NCBI GenBank assembly: GCA_973851085.1
Contig: OZ316776.1
Coordinates: forward strand, 14,322,001-14,386,000
Source: Ptychomitrium polyphyllum
Lineage: Eukaryota
Reading direction: 5' to 3'
DNA length: 64,000 bases
The translations under genes were made by a program, and so were the position numbers. The stretch's first letter is position 1; the number at the start of each line of letters is the position of its first letter. This document shows, one piece after another, positions 42,301 to 53,453 of the stretch. The notes under the pieces are model-generated. The model saw nothing but the letters and a program-made list of their open reading frames with translations. It had not been told where the DNA came from and made no database searches.

Positions 42301-44726
42301 GGTTTTATTCATCCTTTGAATATATCAAAATGTCATCCAAGTAGATGGCTACAAAATCGTCCAAATGTTCATGGAAGATATCATTCATCATGTGTTGAAA
42401 GGCTGCAGGGGCATTAATAAGGCCAAAAGGCATGACATTGTATTCAAATGACCATACCTAGATAAAAAAGTTGTCTTCCATTTGTCTCTTTCTTTGATGC
42501 GAACAAGATTATAGGCTCCTTTAAGATCAATTTTGGTAAATACCTTTGCTTAGTTGTTGTGGGAGTCCTAAGGTTAATGGTCATGGATAGCAATTCTTTT
42601 TTATTACTTTATTGAGACCTCTATAGTCCACGCACATACGTAATGATCTATCTTTCTTCTTTACAAATAGAATAGGTGCTCCAGTCGGTGATTTAGAGCA
42701 TTGAATAAAACCCTTCCCGAGGTTTTCATCAATATATTCTCTCAAGGCAGTCAACTCGGTTTGTAATAAGCTATAAATAGGTCCAAAAGGTGATTGGACT
42801 CCTTCTTGCAACTCAACGGTACACTTGTAAGGCCGGTGGTTTGATAATATGTCCGCATTCTTCTTTTCAAAAACGTCTTTATAATCTTGATATTGACGAG
42901 GTATGTTTTGATTAATCTCTACTATAGAGCTGGACATTGGTGTGGCATAAATGGCATAGATTGGTTCATCCTTTGCCGCTCTCATAAATGCCTTAGCTCC
43001 AATAAATGATGGTCCAAGATTTCTTGTACCTTAATGTTGTTTCCTTGAGACCATATTTTGTGAGCACCAATCAATGTCTGGATTATGTAATTCAAACCAA
43101 GGAAGGCCCAAAACAATACTATTTGTTTGGTATTGAATGATGTTGAAGACAATCTTAGATGCCTAGTCCCCTAAAATAACCTCCAAGGGTTGAGTTTCTT
43201 CAATAACATTGTTAGATGCAAGAGATCGTCCATCAATAACTTCAACAAGTGCGGGGCATTTTTTGTTCACAAGCACTATGTGATGTTTGGTTGCAAAATC
43301 CTTGTCCATGAAATATGCCGTTGCACCAATGTCTAATAGAGCCTTACTAACTATATCATCATCTAACAATTTAATTTTGATAGCAAATGTAAAACAAGAA
43401 GTGGGGCTTGAAGGTAGTAAGAGACCTTGATTTGATGGTCGTTTCCTTGTGGTGTCTAATTGCATGGTCCCTACTGTCACTGAACAACCTCGTTTTCCAA
43501 CTTCGCCATTGTACTTTGAACCTTAAAGGCAGATCCTTTGATTTGGCAATCGTGCACTTTGTGTCCAGTCTTGTGACAATACAAACATAGGTTTTTTCTT
43601 CGACGATTTTTTTTTTCTTTCAGAATCAAATGTTTAAATTGGACTGCATTAATTTGCATAAATTATGGTCTTTATAGTCGACTTTTCGATACTCTTGAAG
43701 AAGTGGTAGACATGCTTTGATGTACTATTTGCCATCCCAAGCGTTATTCTTGGCGCCTCTCAAATAGTTTGTTGTCACATACTATTGCTTGAGTGATGAA
43801 TTCGTCCAATATTTCAACTCTTGATATTGTGAGTAGCAAATCCTTCACATTCTTTCTTAAGCCCCATCGGAATTGTGTGACCAAGGCCTTATCATTCCAA
43901 TCAAGGTAGCAAGTTAGTTGTTGAAATTCTGCAATATATGTAGCAGCTAAGCGTTGTCCTTGTTGTAGACTTTGGATCCTTGTCTCAGCCACCCTCTCTC
44001 GGCTAGTGTTTCCAAAAGTAGATGTCAATGCTTCTATGAAAGCATCTAAGTTGTTCAATAATAGTAATTGCTTCTCCATTAATGGTACAAACTACAATAG
44101 TGCATCGTTTGATAAAAGAGTGGCCACAAATCCCACTTGAATTGTGCCATCAGGATAACAAGATTGATGCAAACTAAAGAAGAGCCTTACTTGTTGAATA
44201 AAGCCTTTTAATTTTGATCTTGATCCATTGAACTTGTCTGGCATGCAAATCTTTGGCTCTGCATGGATTTTACTTAAGTTTTTTCTTCCAATATTGGCGT
44301 CTCGTAATCGAACAACCTCTTGATATAAGCTTTGAATATCACCATTGGATTCTTCAACTTACTGAGTGTATTGCTCCAAATTGTTGGTGGTGTTGAAGCA
44401 AGCGAGTTCTGTTTGAACTGTATTTAATAACTCTTGAAGGTCTGCAATAGTTGCAAACCTATTCTCTGATGTTCCAGGCACGTTATTCATTTCTTAAGAT
44501 TGTCAAAGACAGAAAGACTATGAGTACTTGCAAAGGAGGGTAGTGCACGTCCTTTGAAAGAAGTAGTACTTGGTTCTAGAAGGAAAAACCAACTCTATGG
44601 TGCCAGCTTAGAGGAGGATAATTCGCAACCTCTAAGACGCTTTGGAATTCTAAAGAAAACGGGTAATCCACAATCTTATTAAAAGAACCTTAGCTTTAAC
44701 AAAGATGAAGAGTGGTCTTGCCAAAT

Positions 44727-45371
44727 TGTTACGGACACAAGAAACAAGAAGCAGAAACGAAGTATTTCCCAAGAATTAGCTTCTAAAGAGCTAATGATTA
44801 ACAAGAACTTGATACAAAGACTTGATCAAGGCAGGATTCAAGATGATCCACAACTTGTGTTGACAAGACTAAGGAATACCTTGTCTTTCCTCCTATTTAT
44901 ACTATGACGGTTGTATCTCCTAGGATACTTCTAAAGAAGCTTCCTATAAGGCTTAAGAATGTTTTGGAAGTCTAGGGAACCTTCCTAAGAAGTTTCCTAA
45001 GATGTTGGAACCTTCCAAAAAAACTTCCAAAGAGTTGGAACCTTTGTTGGAAGTTTCCTAAGGTAGCGGAACCTTCTTAGGAAGTTTCCTAAAGAAGTAG
45101 AATCTTCCTAGAAAGTTTCTTAAGATGATGGAACCTTCCTAGGAAGTTTCCTAAGGTGATGGAATCTTTGGAGGATATTTTCTAAGAAATTACCTAAGAT
45201 GATAGAACCTTCCTAAGAAGTTTCCTAAGGTGGAAGAACTTTCCTAGGAAGCTTTGTAAGAATATGGAAAGGCTATGGAGACATTTAAAAGTATTCTAAG
45301 AAGCTATTATAATATACTAGAAGGTTTTAGAATGTTTTAAAGACTATGTTGCATGATTTATGTCCGAGACA
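44727..45371 (-). repeat. 5' LTR (645 bp, ~9 internal 31-bp repeat units)
   Basis: tgttacggacac...tgtccgagaca, with an array of gaaccttcctaggaagtttcctaag-type units at about 44977-45260. Confidence 0.9.
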
Positions 45372-48300
45372 CCACCTCTGATAGAACAAATGGGATGCTC
45401 ATCATTTATGAAAAAGTTACGATTCATTTCATCTATAATAAAGCTCAACATTACTTTGGACAAAGGAAAAGTTCCAACCAAGTTGCATTTCTAAAAGGAA
45501 TAAAGCATATAAGGATCCAAAGTAATCATGCAAATGGAACTTATATAGAACTTAAGGTTGGCAACCAAAGAAAATGCTGAAATTAACTTACAAAAGGTTT
45601 CAATTGAAAAGTAAGTTTATTAGAGCAAAGATACTAATTACAACAATATGTACAATATTATTTAACTCAAGAAGAGCTAAGCTAAATGGTATATAATAAA
45701 TTTAATAATTTACTAATTAAAGAAGGAACATGATATCTCACTTAGAAATTTTATCAAACCTTTGCATATCATTGTATTCAAAGAATCAGCTCATACGAAA
45801 ATAAATAGAATTGATGAAACAAAGCCCAAAAATACAATTATGAATGAAAGTTACAATGCAATTTATCTCAAATAGAATTGAATGACATGACATTAATAAA
45901 ACGAACTTTTGATTAGAAACTACATTAAATTTGTGCATATATGTCTCTAAAATTTTAGCTTCAATTAAATTTTAAGAAATAAATGGATTGGATTGCACAG
46001 TTACTAATAAAGACAACCATTACAATATTATTTAACTCATATGAAGCTAAATATATCAGCCATTACATGTAGAACAAAGTAGCAAATGTTTTGAGATTTT
46101 TGAAACCCTGTTGAAGAATTCATGTCATCAACTAATACTCAATTTTATAAACTAAAACATAAATCTTAAATACAATTGAATGAAGCTGGTTATTATTTTA
46201 AGATTATTAAAAAATTATAATAAGTATTTTGAAATGAAATTCCTCACCATACAATGCAATGAAATTACTCACCAAAAATCTACATAGACAATGACAATTC
46301 AAAAATGCACATGTAAAAAATAATAACCGCCTATAATACAACAAAATCCTATTGCTATTGATTAAACTTTGCTAGCATACAAACATTAGAAATTGCAAAG
46401 GTTTTGATTTCCACTCAGATGGACTTTCCATAGTCCATTTACAAATCAATGTTGAACAAAATTAATCCATGCTAATCTATTAGAACAAAGGCTTAAAATA
46501 CAACAAAGACATGGCAACAACAGCAAAGAATGTAGCAAGGAACATAACAGTCCAAAAATTATAAGAATAATCTACAAGATTTTAGAGCAAGAATCTAGGT
46601 TGCACTATAGTTGTATTCTTTCTATTGAAATTTGGCTTGCAAAAAGTTAAATGAGCCAACTTTTAATAAATGTTGTTTATGAACATGGATGAACACTTTT
46701 TAATTCAGTATTAAATGTATATATGAAAATGTATTAGACATACATATAATTATATTAACTTTATAATATTTTATTTTTATATGATTAAACTATTATATTA
46801 TTAACTAAATATTGTATATATTGCATTCATATAAATAGAACAATATATACATAAAATTATTGTTACATATAATAGTATGTTTTTATAATGGATAAAATAA
46901 TTGTATAACATTATAGGATTTCAAAATGAAGTGGATATTAAATATTAATAATGAAATATATTTTTTTTATCTAACATGCATTACATATTATAAAAAGTAC
47001 AAAAAAATGTTATATATGTATGTATGCATATATATATATGCACCTTTTAACTATAATATATTATAAAATCTAAAAAGTTTATTACATTTAACTCAAAAAG
47101 AGTTAACTTTTGTCAATTATTGTACAATTATTTAAACACAAGTTAAAATTTTGAAACAATTTAATCCAAGAGATTTGCGTTTTGAGGATTGTTAATTCAA
47201 TTTAAATAGAATTAATATGTGTATTTTCATTACTTTAATGTTTATAGTTGTTTAATAAATCTATTTAGGTTCAATTTGCAAGCATAGAGGTAATGCAACT
47301 TGTAAGATTTGAAGTCCGCTTTGGCAAAGTCATAGCCGCTAGATAATGTTTTAAACATCCAAACAAGATCAAAATAAATACTATTGATGATTCCATGTTT
47401 AAATTGTAGAGTGAAGTGATTTCTATTCACTTCACATGTAAGCTGATTAGCTCTTGTTCCATGAAGAAATTTAAGAAAATTAAGGAATGGAAGTTGAAAA
47501 AAGATGGCCAATTTAAAACGAATTTTTCAAGTGGATGGACAATTTGTCTTCTGCCAATTATCAAAAGCTAGCTTTGCACTTTTTTAACCATTATAGAGAG
47601 AATTAAATGAACATTTATTCAAAAATAACCATGAAGAATATCAATTTGGTATTGAAGTTCTACAATAGTAGGAAAGACTAGATCAAGTGGCTAAAGAAGA
47701 AGAAGCTTGTTCAAAGAGAAATTCACATGTTAGAACCACAATTAAAGTTGTTCAATTCCTCCTGCAAGTTCAATGCTAAAAAGTCGGAATAATTCCAGCG
47801 TAATTACCATCCAAACCACCACCACTATACGTGTGCTAACCAAAGCCCCTAGAAATGACTTCTTCTTCTTTGGAAAATAAATCAACAATAAGTACAAGTC
47901 CACAAAAGAAATTTTTTTGTTTACCAAAGCTATCTTAAAATTTTCTTGCAGAAAAAAAAAAACTTCTGAAGGTCTTTTGGACGAGCCTTTTTGTGACCTT
48001 ATAACATTGTTTCAAACGTGCTAAGGTCATGGTTTGAAAACTGATGGATGGAATGTAGGAGCAACCTTACCTTAACATTCTTTGATTTCTAACAAATGCC
48101 ACATTATGCTTTGGCAAATATTTTAGCATCAAGAAAATATTTTTAGAAAATTTCATGAGCACATTTGAAAAACAATCATCTTAGAGGTTGACTAACCCTC
48201 TAGCATGGATATGGATTTGTGGTGACAAACAGGCAATCAACCAATCATCCATTTTGCCCAAGAATGTATAAAAACCAAGTACAATTTAATGTTCACAGAT

Positions 48301-48644
48301 TATGTCATTAATCAAAATGAAAGGCTAGAGGATAGAACAACCAAAAATACAGCAATTAGGACAAAATTAGCCTTGGTAATACTTTTGAAGAAATTTTTTA
48401 GGATGGTTGATGTTGGAAAGAAAATTCATTTGAAGTTTTTTGTGCACAACAACAAATTGTACCAAAAAGCAAGTAAGTACAACAATTTCCAATACCAAAT
48501 ATGCTCAACAAAGCTTCAAATGAAGTTTTACTTTTGCCTGATTTAATTGTTGAATAAGCCTAGTTGTACAATCTTCTTTGTATTTGGAGGTGACAAATTC
48601 CTCCACGCCACAATGCTAAACTTAACTTGACTTGAATTGACTGT

Positions 48645-48734
48645 CATTTTTCCTCTTTGTTTGATCAATCATCAATATTTATAGATGCACATTTTTCCTC
48701 TTTGTTTGATCAATCATCAATATTTATAGATGCA
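48645..48734. repeat. Perfect 45-bp tandem duplication
   Basis: catttttcctctttgtttgatcaatcatcaatatttatagatgca occurs at 48645 and 48690. Confidence 0.9.
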
Positions 48735-51364
48735 CATTCACTCAGTCACAATTTTTCAAGTAAATTCAATAATCAAATGAAAATATAACATTTTTGTATA
48801 CTATGTTTTAAACAAATCCAATAAGAGTATTTCCTACAACCTATTTGGACAAGACCAAAGACTTCAAGAAAATTTTGCACATTATTTAAGGACTTGGATG
48901 TTCTTGATTTTGCACAGAATGCATATGCATTGGACAAGTCCACAGAACCCTTGGAAGGCTAAAGACACAGGAGAAGGACATTCTTGTGGAAAGCGGAAGA
49001 TCAACCAGGTCATTAATGTGTACAAGTATGGAAACAATGCAGTAGAGAATGACGACAGTGAAGAAGTACCAGCATGTGACAACACTGGAGGAATTGGATA
49101 TGAAGCACAATTAAATCAACAGTACTAGGTCTTGACTCAATAGAGCTTGAGAGGAAGAACGACCATCCTTCCTTTCCCATCAAGAACAGGATCAAAGTAG
49201 AATGTAACGAACATGAGCTAAAAAGGGAACATAATAAGAGAGCTGCATCAACTCTTTAGCTCTTCAATCCACTTGGTGCGCATAGAATTGATGACCATCA
49301 TGTTAAGGTTGATGTTGGCTTTAGTAGACATTGACTTAACAGTGGAACAAAGAAGGTGCAAGACTAAGACTTTTTTTTTGTTAGTATCCCATCTAAACAG
49401 CAACCTATGCATGATGACTTCATGTATTGTTTGTCCTTTCTTAATCCATAAAAGCCACCATCTAACCGTTGTCATAGTAGAGAAAGTTGTCACAAGAAAG
49501 CGCTGGGTTTTTAAATGTCACTAATTTGCTTAAACATGTTCTAAATTTTACAAAACACTAGTTTTGTACATTGCTTGTCCTTATGAGGACAAATACATCA
49601 AACATACAAGTCTAGGATGCTCATAAGTACTTAATTTGTGTTGAGAAATCCTATAATTTCTTATTCTCTTATAATGAATTCTTCCAGATCTACAAAATCC
49701 AAAATCATCTGACCATCCAAATATACTTAAACTTGTTTACATATTAACTCCTATCTTCAGCTACTTTCACAAAAAAATTCAATCGTAGATTCATTGAAAA
49801 TCTTTAGATATCTTTTGATTTACAACAAGTACAAAATATGTCAATTTACAACCACTCGCTCACTGTATCCACCGTATTTCAATAATCCAACATTCAAATG
49901 CCATAAAATTTTATATAAAGCTTTCTAATATTGTCATCTACACTTTTGAAAATTTTGAGCTAAAAAATTCGTTGAGATATCCAAGATACAGACCAAACCA
50001 AAACATGCATAAAAAAAACTCACTTACAAACTGTAATCTAAAGCACTGACTTCCAACAGCCTTTGTTCTTTCCTTCCAAACCGGAATTAATCAATTTCTC
50101 CATGTGAAATAAAGCTTCTAAAGTTAGCTTTCAAATTTCACTCTCCAATCTCCAAAAGCTCTTGGAAGACTCTTTTTATTTACAAATAAGTGACAGTAGG
50201 TACAAATTTATGACCCTGACTTCAAACGCTCATTTCTCTCTCATAACTACTCCAAACCTCTTAATTTTTGTACAAAAATTGTAGCCCTTCACACATTCTA
50301 TCAAATCCTAACCTTCCAACTTTCAAAAAATCCTCCCTGAAGTAGTCTCAAACCTTGATAAGGTCTCGGGCAGCATCTTGGAGCTCATTAGGCATGATTT
50401 TCAAATGATGAGCATGAAGTCTACCACCCACTTGCCTTATCCAACCACATAGGACGGCCAAGGAATCAAAGAAATCATACCTTTGACACAAAAGTCCCTT
50501 TTAAACTCCTTTTCAACATTTTTTACAACTTCTATCCTTAATAACAAAACTTAAACAAGTTTAATAAGGCTTCTATGAACCAATAACACTCTAAAAGGTA
50601 ATTCTATAAAGCTAAGGTCATTACCAATTTACTATTAAGATAATAACTATCTTTTTTACACTATAAATAAACTACAACACAATAGCAGGCAGAGATAAAA
50701 TACTTAGGCTTTCAAAATCAATCGCCAAGCTGCAGAAGCTCAACTGGTGAAGTGCTTCAAGTGCCATAGCATCAATCCAAGTTTGAATCCATTGAATCTG
50801 TTTGAGCAGCACAATGGCCATGTGGCTTGGCACTGCTAATAAAACTAGGCAAGAAATTATCAGCTCGCACCACCTACCATTCCTAAGCATATGACTAGAT
50901 GTAATGACCCCCAAGATCCATAGTTATCACTACGACCTTTTCTCTTATCACTTTAGTTCTTTCTATTTTTTTATTTTATTTTCTAATCTCATTTTCTACT
51001 TCTTTATTGCAAACTAAGTCTCATAATAATTCATATAGTTTTTATATATTGAGTCATTACCCCACACGACATTGTTACATGGATATGTTTTTAAAAAAGA
51101 TTCTTCAATCTAAAAGAGGTGTCACATAAGAGTTCAAATTCCTTGACATACTTCACGTTGGAAGCCACCAAAAAATTTGAAAAAGGATTTTTAAGATTTT
51201 ATTAAATCCAAAATGTTTAGCTACTAGGAAGTCATGGTGTCTTTGAAGAAGTCAAAAGCAAGTTGGCTCTTTATTGCTACACAAGCCATTCTCAAACTTG
51301 AACTTTGTTGAGTCTTTTAGAAGATTGTTGAAGCAATCTTTAACATCAAGAATAAGAGGGTCTA

Positions 51365-51896
51365 TGTCACAGACATAGATCATGCAACATAGTCCTTAGA
51401 ACATTCTAGAACCTTCTAGTATACTATAATAGCTTCTTAGAATACTTTTAGATGTCTCCATAGTCTTTCCATGTTCTTAGGAAGCTTCCTGGGAAGGTTC
51501 CATCATCTTAGGAAACTTCTTGGGAGATTCTACTTCTTTAGGAAACTTCCTAAGAAGGTTTCGCTACCTTAGGAAACTTCCAAGGAAGGTTCCAACTCCT
51601 TGGAAGACTCGTAGGAAGGTTCCAACATCTTAGGAAACTTCTTGGGAAGGTTCCCTAGACTTCCAAAACATTCTTAAGCCTTGTAGGAAGCTTCTTTAGA
51701 AGTATCCTAGGAGATACAAACGTCATAATATAAACAGGAGGCAAGACAAGGTATTCCTTAGTCTTGCCAACACAAGTTGTGGATCATCTTGAATCCTGCC
51801 TTGTTCTAGTCTTTGTATCAAGTTCTTGTTAATCATTAGCTCTTTGGAAGCTAATTCTTGGGAAACACTTCGTCTCTACTTCTTGTGTCCCTAACA
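51365..51896 (+). mobile_element. Solo LTR of the same chromovirus family
   Basis: Reverse complement of the 38887/44727 LTRs, with TGTCA..AACA ends. Perfect 5-bp TSD GTCTA (51360-51364 and 51897-51901). TATAAA at 51729. Confidence 0.95.
51398..51417. promoter_or_regulatory. Perfect four-pentamer heat-shock element in the LTR
   Basis: aGAAcaTTCtaGAAccTTCt matches nGAAnnTTCnnGAAnnTTCn. Confidence 0.6.
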
Positions 51897-53453
51897 GTCT
51901 ATAGCTAATGCTGTACAAACTTGGTCAAGACATTATGAATACAATGGTATGGAAATAATGGTTGTTTCAAGACAAAATTACTTGGATTTCAAAAGTGTAG
52001 TCTATTATTGATCATATGTTGCCTCTTCTTCCTTTGGCTCAACATATAATTGCCTTCAAAATGCATCTGCTAATTTATGTGGTCTCTAAGGACAGTATAT
52101 AATTATGAAGTAAAATTGAAATGGGAACATATTTTAACAAGCTTGACAGCAATTCAAAACATGTGTTGAAATATCCAAGGTTTTTATGATTTGTGTATAT
52201 AATCACCAAATGAGTTGCAGCCTTAAGTAAGTGGTGCCACTCTTGGAAAAAATCTTTAATGACAAGAAGCTTCTTGTCATATATTTCATAATTAACCTTT
52301 ATTACTAAGAATTTCCTTGAATGAAAAACAACCAAATGAAGTTCTTTTTCTCCTCTTTGTTGTGATAAGATTGTTTGCAAAGTAAAATTTAAGGCGTCAA
52401 TTTCTATTAAAAATGGTTTATCAAAATTTAAATATATCAATATGGAAAATTATAATAGAAGTTGTCTTTAAGCGTTGAGAAGTTTTTTTTCCTTCAATTC
52501 CCTATTTTAGCTTTTCCTTGCATATTCATCACAAGAGCGGAGCAAATATTTCAAAGTAATCCTTAATAAAGATCCTATAGAAGTTTACAAATCTAAAAAA
52601 ACATTAAGTGTCATATATTGTTTATAAAATTGTACACTTGCTAATGATGTTAACATTCTTTGGATCCATCAACATTAAACAACTTTTTTGCAATTTAATA
52701 AGATATAAAGATTATATAACCTACATATTTTATATACTTTATTACTTTTTTGAATTGAATTATTCATAAAATACATGTATCACTATATGTTGGATTTGTA
52801 GAATCTATTTTCATTAAATTCACTAAAAATTGACCATCTACAATTACTCTTTCAACTGCTTTTGAGAAGCGATTTGCAATCATGTAATTTTATAAGTATT
52901 TACAAAATTCGTAATTCGACCATACTATTCCAAGTGTCCTGGTTGCCAACTTGCCAACTTGATTCATAGGCTCAAGGAATGCTCAATTCCGACACTCCTA
53001 ACCCACTTTCTGATACTTTCTATTTTGGTACGACCACTTCTAGGTCACTTTGTACTTTAGGGGTTTTAAGGGAAACTTGAAAACCAAATTGTACATAACA
53101 AGAAATGTCGGTCCACTTTCAAAATATGAGGTGAAAAGACATACAACCAGTCCATCCTACGAGTCTATACAGCCTCCACAAGATATCCCTATGTAAAAAT
53201 ACTTATTTTACATCATTTGCAAGAAACCATAGCAAATTTGAGAGTGTTCTTTTAGTTTCTAAAGAGTTCCCACACTAGTACATCTATGATGTGAACTGCA
53301 CCACGTTAGGTCCCGTCCATGCGCCATGAACATTCAGCAACCAAAAGCAAAATGCCCCTTCTACTCGAGAAAAATATGCAAGTTTTCAACCAAGCGTTAC
53401 AATCATCCTGCATCCACAAATTCTCCACAAAATGATATTTAAAGCTTGTAAAA

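Larger units (their letters stand above)
38887..45371 (-). mobile_element. Full-length decayed Ty3/Gypsy chromovirus LTR retrotransposon (Tcn1-like)
   Basis: LTRs 44727-45371 (5') and 38887-39341 (3') have TG..CA ends; TSD is CCACT/CCACC and a PPT abuts 39341. gag starts at ATG 44490 (PDKFNGSR, CLYCHKTGHKVHDC). Downstream are protease (ALLDIGAT), RT ([17 protein letters not shown]), RNase H (EADASD, TDHKNL), integrase (HPQTDGQT) and chromodomain (EYEVEEILDSR..YFIHWQGY..RTWEP). Many stops. Confidence 0.95.
51050..52680 (-). mobile_element. Older Gypsy pol fragment (RT-RNase H-integrase) interrupted by a solo LTR
   Basis: FDKPFLIEIDALNFTLQTILSQ..VVFHSRKF..NYEIYDKKLLVIKDFFQEWHHLL..IYTNHKNL is RNase H-like and heavily decayed. 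Confidence 0.75.

Noticed and set aside
44977..45260. CRISPR-like array of palindromic ~31-bp repeats
   Set aside because: The units are contiguous with no unique spacers and lie inside an LTR of a eukaryotic genome; no cas genes are present.
47250..48550. Possible hAT C-terminal relic on the + strand
   Set aside because: Only weak resemblance to TRF/WW/RNRL motifs, and too degenerate to call.
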